A model generated the notes under the pieces. The model searched no databases. It was given only the letters and a program-made list of their open reading frames with translations, and had not been told where the DNA came from. Shown one piece after another: positions 45,775-55,233 of a DNA stretch of 64,000 nucleotides. Each line of letters opens with the position of its first letter. The stretch's first letter is position 1. Origin of the DNA: an uncultured Candidatus Saccharibacteria bacterium (lineage in GTDB: Bacteria; Patescibacteriota; Doudnabacteria; UBA920); contig CAYVNU010000002.1 of NCBI GenBank assembly GCA_964453265.1, positions 40,619-104,618 of the forward strand, read 5' to 3'. Position numbers and translations under genes: made by a program.

Positions 45775-47226
45775 CTAATAATCTTCCCTAGCCCGGTTAC
45801 CAAACACTAAAAGCCAAAAACTTTTTGCAAGAATTTTTATATCTAAACCCAAAGACCAATTTTCAATGTAGTAAGTATTAAGCCTAATTTCTTCTTCAAA
45901 CGGCAAGTCAGGAAAATTAACCTGCGCCATTTGCGACATTCCAAATATTCCAGGCTTTATACTAAACATTCTTCTATAGCGGTTTCTGTAGCGCTCAACC
46001 TCGTCTAAAACATGCGCCCTTGGGCCAACCATGCTCATATTGCCAATTAACACATTCCAAAACTGCGGGATTTCGTCTAGCTTAGTTTTTCGTAAAAAAC
46101 GGCCGACCGGAGTTACGCGCGGGTCATGTTTGATTTTTAAAAACGGGCCGTCTTTGCCGCCGCGATCATTTTTTTGCCAAAGTTCTTTTCGCACCTTTTC
46201 CGCCTGCTCCCCACCGTAACCTTCACCCACGGAAAGATGCTGATACATAGTTCTGAATTTATAAAATTTAAAGTCTTTCCCCCTGCCCCCTCGCATAGCA
46301 GAATAAATAACTTTGCCTTTGCTATCTAACTTAATGGCAATAGTAATTATTAAAAACAAAGGACTGGTTAAAACTAAACAAACTAAAGAGGCTAAAATAT
46401 CTAACAGTCTTTTAGCTACTCTGCCCCAACCGTCCAGCGGAGTATTTTTTAACCCAATAACCGGCACACCCTGAAGACTAGAGAGTTCAACAATATTTCG
46501 CTGTGCTTCAAATAAATTTGGGACAAAGCTAAACTGAAGCCCTTTGTTTCTTGCAAACTGTACTAAATCTAAATTTGCTTCGTCGTCTAGAGCAGGATTG
46601 GCTTGCAAAATTTCGTCAATTTTATTTTCAGAATACAATAGTTCAAGCTTATTTAATAAACTACTGTCATAATTTAATTCAGCAACCACAGCATAGCCAT
46701 GCTTTTTATTTTTATAAATTCTTTCAAGTATTGAAGTTTCCATAGCTTCCCCTCTTATTACAGCCAGCCTATGAAGCCCGATCCCCTGTTGAAAAAAATA
46801 TTCCTGAAAAAGCTTAAGCGTAACTCGGCCAAAAAATAAAAAAATAATTCCCAAACCCCAAGCAGCTAAAATAATAAACCGGGAGGGAAAAATATCTAAA
46901 AAGAAGTTTTTGTTGAAAAAGAAAAGTAAAATTATAATTAATAAACTCAGTGAAATAGCCGTAATAATTTTGCCCAGCTCCATAGCAAGACTGCGAGTAC
47001 TTCTTAAATTATAAAGCCCAAATAATGCTAAAATTATTAATAAAACCGGAATAGTTTTAAGACTTAAAAGAAAAAAGTCGTGAAATTGTAGTTTAAAGGC
47101 AAGCGGAATTTTAGCCACCACACCTGAGCTAATTCGCAAATAAAAAGACGCTACTCCTGCAAGTAAGAGCATGGCGGCATCGGTAGGAATTGCCGCAATA
47201 TTAAAAAGTAATTCACTTCGTTTCAT
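45775..47226 (-). CDS. Polyprenyl-phosphate hexose-1-phosphate transferase (WbaP/CpsE-type bacterial sugar transferase)
   Basis: N-terminal TM block, a central domain, and the C-terminal catalytic domain KFRTM...DEIPQF.NVL.G.MS.VGPR. Confidence 0.85.
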   Translation of the reverse strand: MKRSELLFNIAAIPTDAAMLLLAGVASFYLRISSGVVAKIPLAFKLQFHDFFLLSLKTIPVLLIILALFGLYNLRSTRSLAMELGKIITAISLSLLIIILLFFFNKNFFLDIFPSRFIILAAWGLGIIFLFFGRVTLKLFQEYFFQQGIGLHRLAVIRGEAMETSILERIYKNKKHGYAVVAELNYDSSLLNKLELLYSENKIDEILQANPALDDEANLDLVQFARNKGLQFSFVPNLFEAQRNIVELSSLQGVPVIGLKNTPLDGWGRVAKRLLDILASLVCLVLTSPLFLIITIAIKLDSKGKVIYSAMRGGRGKDFKFYKFRTMYQHLSVGEGYGGEQAEKVRKELWQKNDRGGKDGPFLKIKHDPRVTPVGRFLRKTKLDEIPQFWNVLIGNMSMVGPRAHVLDEVERYRNRYRRMFSIKPGIFGMSQMAQVNFPDLPFEEEIRLNTYYIENWSLGLDIKILAKSFWLLVFGNRAREDY

Positions 47227-47375
47227 CCCGTTATAAATTTAGGATTAAATATTAAAAATCACCTTACTTTGACCCTTAAAACACACCCGTTAGATAATAA
47301 CTTCTAGCGGGATAAATCCTCTGTATTATACTGAATTTCCTTGACAAAAACAAGTTTTTTTGGTACCCTAAATGG

Positions 47376-47768
47376 GTTCTTAACAAACCGAATAATCGCT
47401 TTCCCGATTCATATCGGGAGGGAGGAAAGTCCGAACACTTATTTGATAGCCTCTTAAGAGTTATCAAAATTGGTAACGGGTAACGCCCGTATGGAGCAAC
47501 CCGCCGTCGCGTAAAGCTATGGCGAGCCAAGCCACGAGATGCGAACAGAAACGATTAAATCCGAAAGGGTTTAATATCCCCAAAGGGTAACCTTGGGATG
47601 TTCCGGTAGTAACACCGGAGTGAAACGGCTAAATTCTTACCTGAGTGCAAGGCCAAATTTGGTAGGCTGCTTGATCCCGGCAGTAATGTCTGGGGCAGAT
47701 AGATGATTATTTTTTCCGCCGTAAGGCGGGATGTTAAACAGAATTCGGCTTATGAGTTTGTTAAGAGC
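47376..47768 (+). ncRNA. rnpB: RNase P RNA, bacterial type A
   Basis: Contains the conserved blocks GGGAGGGAGGAAAGTCCGAACAC, GGGTAACGCCCGT...CAACCCGCCG, ACAGAAACG, GGAGTGAAACGG and GAGTGCAAGGCCAAATTTGGTAGGCTGCTTGATCCCGG...ACAGAATTCGGCTTATGAG. P1 pairs cttaacaaac with gtttgttaag. A TTGACA -35 hexamer lies at 47341. Confidence 0.85.
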
Positions 47769-47775
47769 ATAAAAA

Positions 47776-47807
47776 ATCCACTCCGATTTACGGAGTGGAT
47801 TTTTTTC
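47776..47807. terminator. Bidirectional terminator after rnpB
   Basis: atccactccg-attta-cggagtggat followed by ttttttt. Confidence 0.6.
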
Positions 47808-47849
47808 TGTAGGCATCTGTTGTGTATTTTCCTTTGTAATTCTGTAGTT

Positions 47850-48620
47850 TTATTTGACCTCGAACACCACACTCATTTGCGCTGTTATATCCTGACTGCC
47901 AGGTTCAACATTTGGAGAGACGGACTTGGCGCTGTCTAAAGCCATTCCACCACCCATACCTGCTCCTGCATACATCGGAACTGGATAGTCAAAATTTCCG
48001 CTTTCAGAAACACTAACAACTTTTCCTAAAGTTATACCTGCCGTTTTAGCAAGTTCTTGAGCTTTTGCTTTGGCTTTTTCAATTGCCTGCTGTCTTGCTT
48101 GCTGTCTTAAATTGTCAGGATCCTCAAAACTTAAAGCTACACCAGAAACTTCGTTTGCTCCATTATTTGTAGCGCCACTTAAAATTTTTCCCAAATTGTC
48201 ACTTGATTTGTCCACGCCTTTAACTTTTATACTTATAGTCTGCCTTGCTTCATAACCATTTATTTCATTTTTACCGTTGGTGTAGTCATACCTCGGATAT
48301 ACATTAAACTGGGAGGTTGAAATATCATCTTTTGTTATGCCTTGAGCTTTTATAAAGTCAATAATCTTATTGACCTTTTTACTATTTTGTTCTTGAACAT
48401 CAGCTGCATTAACCCCTTGCGAAACCACACCTAAAGTAACAGTAGCCAAGTCCGGCGTTGCCGAAACCTTGCCTTCAGCAGAAACTGTCATAACATTTTT
48501 AGGATTTTTATTACTGTACGTGTCACTAATTTCTTTACTTTTGCCCACGACTGACAAAGCAACAAAGGCTATTAAAAGGCCGCCTAAACCTACAACTAAC
48601 CATTTTGGTAATATTGGCAT
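47850..48620 (-). CDS. SIMPL-domain (DUF541) secreted protein
   Basis: N-terminal TM/signal segment, the SIMPL pattern (VSAEGKVSATPDLATVTLGV...) and a length of 256 aa. Confidence 0.8.
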   Translation of the reverse strand: MPILPKWLVVGLGGLLIAFVALSVVGKSKEISDTYSNKNPKNVMTVSAEGKVSATPDLATVTLGVVSQGVNAADVQEQNSKKVNKIIDFIKAQGITKDDISTSQFNVYPRYDYTNGKNEINGYEARQTISIKVKGVDKSSDNLGKILSGATNNGANEVSGVALSFEDPDNLRQQARQQAIEKAKAKAQELAKTAGITLGKVVSVSESGNFDYPVPMYAGAGMGGGMALDSAKSVSPNVEPGSQDITAQMSVVFEVK

Positions 48621-48730
48621 ATATTTTTCTTAATTAAGAATTATTTCTTACTAATCTTAATTATTTAGTTTAATGATATATATTCATTATACGATATATT
48701 TACAAAAAAGTAACAGTGGATAACAAAAAA

Positions 48731-49090
48731 TCATCTTTGTAAAAAGATGATTTTTAACACTATAAAAACTAACACTTGACCCATTTGAAACTTCATAGAG
48801 GGTTCTTTCGTCCTGAATAAACCCTTTAAATTTATTTCTATTTTTTTGTTGTTAACAATAAATTTCTGCTGCCAAATAAACTGTTTTACGAAGTCTGTCT
48901 TTACATTTTCTGCTGTCGCATTCATTACTCTCTGATGTTCGTCCTTGCATCTCTCTTTACTAACCGCGACGTAGTATTTATTTGCAATGCCTGTGCAACT
49001 AACAATATTACTGAAATAATTCTGTGACAAGGAATTGGATGGGGATATGTCTTTAAATATTTTTATTAAACTAAATATTCTTATATACAT
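48731..49090 (-). CDS. Hypothetical protein (119 aa); weak call
   Basis: ORF overlapping the upstream Schlafen-like gene by 20 nt. No motif recognised. Confidence 0.3.
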   Translation of the reverse strand: MYIRIFSLIKIFKDISPSNSLSQNYFSNIVSCTGIANKYYVAVSKERCKDEHQRVMNATAENVKTDFVKQFIWQQKFIVNNKKIEINLKGLFRTKEPSMKFQMGQVLVFIVLKIIFLQR

Positions 49091-50456
49091 CCGGATTTAT
49101 TTTCCAACCTCTTGTTTTAGTTTTTGTTCCTGGTAATAACATGATCTTATTTGCATCACTCAAACGTTTAAAAACTTTTCTCATTAAATAATCACTTTTT
49201 ATATGAGTTATTTCTCTAGCTTTGGAAGTTTGAATACTTGGATTTTTCTGAAGATATTGAAAAATAATATCTTCAGGAGAAGCTAATAGTTCATGTTTAA
49301 TAATTACTAAAACACCGTTTTCTAATTCTGTTATTACAGGTGATTTTAAACCTAGTTCTTCCATCTTTACAAAAGCAGTATTTAAACCCTCTCCTACGTC
49401 TTTATTTGGTGGGTTTGGAAATTTATTTAATATCCTCACAATAACACCGTTCCGAGCAAAACGCTGGTCTAATATATTTTTAGGAGTTATATTAGCTGGT
49501 AATCTACCTGGACTCTGAACCTCAACACGGTCATCAAAAATACGAATATGTATGTCATCCTTTATACTATAATCTCTATGCAAAACCGCATTGGCTAAGA
49601 TCTCATGAAGAGTTTCCTGAGGATATTTAATAGATTCGAATTTATCTCCATCAAATTTTGGTATTTGCTCAGTTATCTCAGTTGTTATTCTTACAGCTTC
49701 TTTTATTTGAGAATAAAGACAACCTTCGACTGTTAAAGGATCTTCCGCTAATAAATCCCTGTGACCTTCAAGTTCACGAGTTTTATATCTATAAATTTTA
49801 ATACCACAATGCTTAGAAAGAACAGCTTGCGGTTCGTCAGCAAAAATCAAAGTTCCTGCAACGCTAGGTTTAACATCTCTCAAAAGATTTTGCTTTTTTA
49901 ACCAACGCTCTGCTGTTGTAGTTGGCACCACTAATTTTATAAAATTTTCTGTAACTTCAGATTTCGTAATGACCTCTTTTGAAATATCCAATAGCTCGGT
50001 TTCAAATGAAGCAATACCTTTAGCCATTTCTAAATGTCGTACTTTATCAGGATCGGTTAAGGCTATACTTTGAGCACCCCTTCTCAAGTAAGGAATCCCG
50101 TTTGAAGCTTTAATTATGTGTTGCGCCTTTCCAATTTGAATATGCAGCACAATTCCAGAATATTTAGTACATTCCCAAAATTCATACTGAAAATTTGTGC
50201 CTAATGGAAAAAGTCCTTCAAAAACCTGCAAGTGCGCATTTGCTGCTTCAGTGTTTATAAAACCCACCCAATCTCTTTCTTTATCAGTTATCCCAATATA
50301 AAGATCGCCTCCATCCGCATTTGCAAAAGCTGATATATGGTTACTTAAAACACTGGGCTTAACTTCTACGGATTTCAAGTCAGTGAAGTGATTTTCTTCA
50401 ATCATTCGAATTTCATCCGCTTGTTCATCGGTGATTTTTGTTAGTGAAATTGGCAT
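49071..50456 (-). CDS. AlbA_2 (Schlafen-like 'putative DNA-binding domain', divergent AAA_4) protein with a C-terminal HATPase_c_4-like region
   Basis: FANADGGDLYIGI motif in the N-terminal domain. The 461-aa architecture is typical of RecG-like putative transcriptional regulators. Confidence 0.7.
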   Translation of the reverse strand: MPISLTKITDEQADEIRMIEENHFTDLKSVEVKPSVLSNHISAFANADGGDLYIGITDKERDWVGFINTEAANAHLQVFEGLFPLGTNFQYEFWECTKYSGIVLHIQIGKAQHIIKASNGIPYLRRGAQSIALTDPDKVRHLEMAKGIASFETELLDISKEVITKSEVTENFIKLVVPTTTAERWLKKQNLLRDVKPSVAGTLIFADEPQAVLSKHCGIKIYRYKTRELEGHRDLLAEDPLTVEGCLYSQIKEAVRITTEITEQIPKFDGDKFESIKYPQETLHEILANAVLHRDYSIKDDIHIRIFDDRVEVQSPGRLPANITPKNILDQRFARNGVIVRILNKFPNPPNKDVGEGLNTAFVKMEELGLKSPVITELENGVLVIIKHELLASPEDIIFQYLQKNPSIQTSKAREITHIKSDYLMRKVFKRLSDANKIMLLPGTKTKTRGWKINPDVYKNI

Positions 50457-50564
50457 ATCTAATATATATCAATTTAATCATAAAATGTCAATTTATTTTT
50501 TTACAAAAAAAATTTTATCCATTTAACAATTAAAGCTCTTGTCAAAAATATTACTTAAAATACA

Positions 50565-50592
50565 AAAGACCCCCGCAAAGGAGGTCTTTTTT
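50565..50592 (-). terminator. Terminator of the ribosomal-protein operon
   Basis: aaaagacccccgcaaaggaggtctttttt. Confidence 0.5.
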
Positions 50593-50627
50593 CTATAAAT
50601 ATTGTTGTAAGGTTTCTTCGAAATCTC

Positions 50628-51188
50628 TTAACGCTTCGCCCATTGTGGGCTTCTGCGGGCTCTTTTTAAGCCTGGTTTCTTTCTTTCTTTCTTTCTGTCG
50701 TCTCTGGTTAAGAGGCCATTTTTCTTTAAAACTCTTCTAACTTCTTCGGACATTTTGCCTAAAGCGGTTGAAATACCATGACTCAAAGCTCCGGCCTGGG
50801 AATGTTGCCCACCGCCATTTATATGCGCTGTAAAATAATAATCACCCTTAAGACCCGTTAATTCCAATGGCTTTAAAATTTCATGCTGATGGTATGTATA
50901 ACCAAAGTACTTATTAAAAGCTACCTTGTTAACAATATTTTCTTCTTGCCCGGAAAATAGCCTAACGTTTGCCACAGCGGTTTTTCTTCTGCCAGTAGCA
51001 AAAACATACCTGCCTTTAGCTACAACCGGTTTTTCAGAAACTTTATGATGAACCGGATGCTCTACTACTTCCTGTTTTGCTTCCAAAACTGGTTCATGGA
51101 CCAAAGCTTTCTTTTTTACCGAAACTGCTCTAGGCTTTTTAGGAGCCTTGCTTGTTGCTGATTTAGTTGTAGATTCTTTTGTAACCAT
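50628..51188 (-). CDS. rpsI: 30S ribosomal protein S9 with a Lys-rich N-terminal extension of about 55 aa
   Basis: C-terminal GGGQHSQAGALSHGISTAL...RRSPQWAKR. Confidence 0.9.
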   Translation of the reverse strand: MVTKESTTKSATSKAPKKPRAVSVKKKALVHEPVLEAKQEVVEHPVHHKVSEKPVVAKGRYVFATGRRKTAVANVRLFSGQEENIVNKVAFNKYFGYTYHQHEILKPLELTGLKGDYYFTAHINGGGQHSQAGALSHGISTALGKMSEEVRRVLKKNGLLTRDDRKKERKKPGLKRARRSPQWAKR

Positions 51189-51201
51189 AAATACTAATTA
51201 T

Positions 51202-51651
51202 TTAAATTTTCTTATCTATCTTAAAAGTATGATCTTGATTATTAACCAATTTCAATCTGGATATTAAAGTTTTTCTGAACTTAACTTCATCAAGCATGCT
51301 GTAAACGGCTCTTCGCAAAACTTGTTCCGGATGCTTTTCTAGCTCAGTCTTTAACGTTGTAGTTTTAAGTCCGCCTAAATAGCCAGAATGCCTATAATAC
51401 TGTTTTTGAGAAACTTTACGGCCGGTAAATTTTAAATTATTGCAATTTAGGGCAACTACAAAATCACCCATATCCATATGAGGAGTAAAATCTCTTTTAC
51501 CTTTTCCTCTAAGTAAATTTGCGATTTGAGTAGCAACTCTGCCTAAAGACTGTTTAGAAGCGTCAACTTCAAACCATTTTCTTACAACTGTTTTTGGTAA
51601 TGTAATACTTTGCGATTTCATATCTTTACAAATACTTATATTCTTTGACAA
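51202..51651 (-). CDS. rplM: 50S ribosomal protein L13
   Basis: WFEVDASKQSLGRVATQIANLLRGKGK. Confidence 0.9.
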   Translation of the reverse strand: MSKNISICKDMKSQSITLPKTVVRKWFEVDASKQSLGRVATQIANLLRGKGKRDFTPHMDMGDFVVALNCNNLKFTGRKVSQKQYYRHSGYLGGLKTTTLKTELEKHPEQVLRRAVYSMLDEVKFRKTLISRLKLVNNQDHTFKIDKKI

Positions 51652-51659
51652 ATAAATAA

Positions 51660-52004
51660 TTAATCAACTAATTCCAAAATTGCTTTTGATTTTCCAGCCT
51701 TTGGGTCATTTAATTTAATTAAACGGGTATAACCACCTTTTCTATCTTTAAATTTTGGTCCTAAAACTTCAATTGCTTTTTTCGCAGCCATGGCTGTTAA
51801 ACCGGAAATAAGCTGTCTTCTTACATGTAAAGAATTTTCTTTGGCTTTGGTAATTAGTTTTTCAGCATAAGATTTAGCTCCTCTGGCGTTTGCATAGCTG
51901 GTCTCAATTTTTTCATACAAAAACAGAGAAGAGGCCAAAGCTCTTAAAAGCTTTCTTCTGTGATCCATCCCTTTTCCTAATTTTTTCTTCTTTAAATGAC
52001 GCAT
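51660..52004 (-). CDS. rplQ: 50S ribosomal protein L17
   Basis: MRHLKKKKLGKGMDHRRKLLRAL. Confidence 0.9.
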   Translation of the reverse strand: MRHLKKKKLGKGMDHRRKLLRALASSLFLYEKIETSYANARGAKSYAEKLITKAKENSLHVRRQLISGLTAMAAKKAIEVLGPKFKDRKGGYTRLIKLNDPKAGKSKAILELVD

Positions 52005-52021
52005 AAAATAACAATATTATA

Positions 52022-52954
52022 TTATCTGCCTAAAAATTCAATAATTTCTTTAATGGTTTTATCACCCAAACCCTGCAAACCACCAATATCCTCGTTTGAC
52101 ATTGCCTGCAAAGCAGCCAAGGTAACAATTCCATTCTTAGTTAAAGCGTTTTTTGCTCGCGTGGATAAAGTTGTATCATCAATTTCATTCTGCTGGTTGA
52201 TTTTAGGTTCAGAAACTTCAGTTGACTGAGTTTCTGGCAGAATTTGTTCAGATACAATTGGAGCTATAGCTGCTCCGCCAAATACCATACTAAAATGATC
52301 AACTAAAATATGTGCTGCAATTTCAGAAGCCTCGCTGCCGCTTAAACTGCCGTCAGTTTCCATAACTATTTCGAGTTTATCAAAATTAGTTAGTTGACCA
52401 ACACGGACATTTGATACTTCGTAATGCACTGAACGGATTGGAGTGAATATTGCATCAACAGCTATCATGCCAACTTCTAATTTCAAATTTTCTCTGGACT
52501 CTACCGGACCATATCCCCTGCCTTGCTCTACCATAAGTTCAGCTTCAAATTCAGCATTTTTATTATCTAAAGTAGCAATATGAAGTTCTGGATTTATTAT
52601 TGAAACCTGGTCAGTGGCCTTTATATCTGCAGCTGTTACAGCGCGTTCGCCCTTAACTTTAATAGAAAGCCTAACCGGTTCACTACTAAAACTCTTAATT
52701 CTAAGCTGTTTTAAATTTAAAATTATTTGTATTACATCTTCCTTTACATTAGGCACAGTAGAAAATTCGTGGTCAACAAACTTAATTTTAACTCCGGTCA
52801 CAGCTGCTCCGGGCATTGAAGACAATAATACTCTTCTTAGAGCATTACCAATAGTAACACCGTAGCCTGGATAAAGAGGCTCGAGTATTATATTGTATTT
52901 ATTTTTTCCTAAATCTTGCACTTTTGCCTGGTTAGGCAATGGTATGGCTTCCAT
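52022..52954 (-). CDS. rpoA: DNA-directed RNA polymerase subunit alpha
   Basis: GYGVTIGNALRRVLLSSMPGAAVT in the N-terminal domain, and a C-terminal domain with HhH motifs. The likely start is the internal Met at 52954; the ORF track extends to 52996. Confidence 0.9.
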   Translation of the reverse strand: MEAIPLPNQAKVQDLGKNKYNIILEPLYPGYGVTIGNALRRVLLSSMPGAAVTGVKIKFVDHEFSTVPNVKEDVIQIILNLKQLRIKSFSSEPVRLSIKVKGERAVTAADIKATDQVSIINPELHIATLDNKNAEFEAELMVEQGRGYGPVESRENLKLEVGMIAVDAIFTPIRSVHYEVSNVRVGQLTNFDKLEIVMETDGSLSGSEASEIAAHILVDHFSMVFGGAAIAPIVSEQILPETQSTEVSEPKINQQNEIDDTTLSTRAKNALTKNGIVTLAALQAMSNEDIGGLQGLGDKTIKEIIEFLGR

Positions 52955-53044
52955 ATTTTCTCCAAAACTTATAACAGATAATAAATAGATAACCAATAAC
53001 TCCCTCTGTGGTCATCGGTTATAAGTAATTAGTTATTAGTTTAT

Positions 53045-53653
53045 TTAGGTGCGGCTATAATGTTCAACAATCAATTGAGTGTTGATTAAATTTTTCATAT
53101 CTTCTGCTTCAGGTGAACTTAATATTTTACCGGATAGCTTGGCAGGATTAAGTTCGAGCCATTCAAGAGTTTTAAAAGTTTTTACTTTTTCTTTAAGTTT
53201 TTCAGCCAACTTGCTTTTTAACTTAACTTCTCTTACTGCAACTAAATCACCGACTTTAGCAGAATAAGAAGGAATATCAACTTTTTTTGAGTTAACTTCA
53301 AAAAAACCATGACTAACCATTTGTCTAGCCTGAGCTCTAGTCTCCGCAAATCCTAAGCGAAAAACTAAATTATCTAAACGTAATTCAAGCATTTTTAACA
53401 AATTATCACCTGTAACACCCGGTTGTTTTAAAGCTTTTTGAAAATAGTTTGAAAATTGTTTTTCTAAAATACCGTAAGCAAATTTAGCTTTTTGCTTTTC
53501 TTTTAATTGAGTTCCGTATTCAGAAAGCCTAGCTCTATTTTTTCCATGTTGTCCGGGGGCAAACGCGCGCTTTTGTAATACCTTTGCCTCTTTCGGGGTA
53601 AAAGCTAGTCCAAGTCTACGGGCTTTTTTTGCTTTGGGTCCTGTGTATCTCAT
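53045..53653 (-). CDS. rpsD: 30S ribosomal protein S4
   Basis: MRYTGPKAKKARRLG... and an S4 RNA-binding domain. Confidence 0.9.
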   Translation of the reverse strand: MRYTGPKAKKARRLGLAFTPKEAKVLQKRAFAPGQHGKNRARLSEYGTQLKEKQKAKFAYGILEKQFSNYFQKALKQPGVTGDNLLKMLELRLDNLVFRLGFAETRAQARQMVSHGFFEVNSKKVDIPSYSAKVGDLVAVREVKLKSKLAEKLKEKVKTFKTLEWLELNPAKLSGKILSSPEAEDMKNLINTQLIVEHYSRT

Positions 53654-53754
53654 AATAAATTAATCAGGTTATAAACTTCTTAATGTTTATCAAGTGTTTT
53701 AAATTGCTTATTTAAACTTGCAACTTTACACACTTGATGAACTTATACTACAAA

Positions 53755-54216
53755 TTAAACGCGTCGTGGTTTCTTTGGTCTTACTCCACCGTGTGGAGTT
53801 GGTGTCTGGTCTTTAATACTTAAAACTGAAAGTCCAGATCCTTGTAAGGCTCTAATAGCAGATTCTCTTCCTGATCCAATACCTTTTATAAAAACATCAA
53901 CTTCATTTAATCCGCGTTCTTTTAGCTTAGCTAAAACATCTTCCATAACTCTCTGGCCGGCGTATGGTGTAGATTTCTTTGAACCTTTAAAACCAATTTT
54001 CCCGGCACTACCCCAAATTAAAACATTGCCGGTTAAATCGGTGACTGAAATAATAGTATTATTATAAGTTGAATTAACGAAAATTTTACCTTTTGTAACT
54101 TTAGCCTTGGACTTCTTTTTCTTTGAGGATTTAATTTTAGCAACAGCAGCTAAAACAGCAGAAGTTTCTTCGGCAGGTTTTTCAGTTATTTCGCTATTTT
54201 GTAATTCGTCTGGCAT
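53755..54216 (-). CDS. rpsK: 30S ribosomal protein S11 with an N-terminal extension
   Basis: IFVNSTYNNTIISVTD...PHGGVRPKKPRRV. Confidence 0.9.
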   Translation of the reverse strand: MPDELQNSEITEKPAEETSAVLAAVAKIKSSKKKKSKAKVTKGKIFVNSTYNNTIISVTDLTGNVLIWGSAGKIGFKGSKKSTPYAGQRVMEDVLAKLKERGLNEVDVFIKGIGSGRESAIRALQGSGLSVLSIKDQTPTPHGGVRPKKPRRV

Positions 54217-54242
54217 GAATTAAATTAAATTAATTATTGCTA

Positions 54243-54632
54243 TTAGGTCTTTTCAGATGCATTTTTTCTACCGCTTCCAGCAGTCTTTCTAACATTACCT
54301 CTTCTGGTTCTAGAATTAGTTTTAGTTCTCTGACCTCTGACCGGTAAACCTTTTATATGCCTAATGCCTCTATAACTCTGAATTTCCTTCATTCTTTTAA
54401 TATTAAGTAGAACCTGCTGTCTCAATTCACCTTCTACTTTAAAACTTTTTTCAATAAATTCTCGGATTTTATTTAACTCAGCTTCAGACAAATCTTTAGT
54501 GCGCTTATTTGGGTCAATGTTCGTAGCTGCCAAAATTTTCTTTGACAAGGTTAAGCCTACGCCATAAATATAAGGCAATGCCGCTTCAATTCTCTTTTCA
54601 TTTGGAATATTAATACCTGCGATACGAGCCAT
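54243..54632 (-). CDS. rpsM: 30S ribosomal protein S13
   Basis: [26 protein letters not shown]. Confidence 0.9.
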   Translation of the reverse strand: MARIAGINIPNEKRIEAALPYIYGVGLTLSKKILAATNIDPNKRTKDLSEAELNKIREFIEKSFKVEGELRQQVLLNIKRMKEIQSYRGIRHIKGLPVRGQRTKTNSRTRRGNVRKTAGSGRKNASEKT

Positions 54633-54725
54633 GTTATATTTGATAATTTATAATTAATAACTAATAACTTAAAAACCTTAAGGCTTAGAAATTACCAATT
54701 AATAATTATTAATTGGGTTTAAAAA

Positions 54726-54839
54726 CTAGCCTTGTCGCTGTTTATGCTTTGGGTTTTCACAAATAACATAAATACGGCCAAATCGCTTAACGACTTTGCA
54801 TTTTTTACACATTACTTTTACGCTTGCTCTAACTTTCAT
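54726..54839 (-). CDS. rpmJ: 50S ribosomal protein L36
   Basis: The minus-strand translation is [37 protein letters not shown]. At 37 aa it is absent from the ORF track. Confidence 0.85.
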   Translation of the reverse strand: MKVRASVKVMCKKCKVVKRFGRIYVICENPKHKQRQG

Positions 54840-54858
54840 AAATATAGATAGAAATTAT

Positions 54859-55116
54859 TTATCTCATTCTTCTAGTTATTCTGCCTTTAGACAAGTCATA
54901 GGGGGTCATTTCGATTATAACCCTATCTCCTGGCAATACTCGTATCATATTAACTCTCATTTTTCCGGCTAAATGCCCAATAACAACATGTCCTGAGTCT
55001 AATTGCACACGAAAAACAGCATTAGGCAAACTCTCTATTACTTTGCCCTCGAGTTCAATTACATCTTTTTTTGTTCCTGAGTTTGACTTACCTAAGTCTT
55101 GATTGCTGATTGGAAT
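54859..55116 (-). CDS. infA: Translation initiation factor IF-1, with no AUG/GUG/UUG start in frame; ATT at 55116 or ATC at 55110 is the proposed start
   Basis: The translation ...[70 protein letters not shown] aligns with IF-1. The frame is open back to a TAA at 55123-55125, and the only potential start codons are ATT and ATC. Confidence 0.7.
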   Translation of the reverse strand: MPISNQDLGKSNSGTKKDVIELEGKVIESLPNAVFRVQLDSGHVVIGHLAGKMRVNMIRVLPGDRVIIEMTPYDLSKGRITRRMR

Positions 55117-55233
55117 AAACTTTTAACTTAAATATTTAGCTAATTCTATCACAAATACGTAAATTGTCAACTAATTAAATAAAAAAAATCTGGCTTATAA
55201 ATAAGCTTATTTTTCATTTTCATTATAACTACC

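Noticed and set aside
47276-47530. 84-aa ORF on the minus strand
   Set aside because: It lies entirely across the rnpB promoter and the conserved 5' half of RNase P RNA. The RNA gene explains the sequence.
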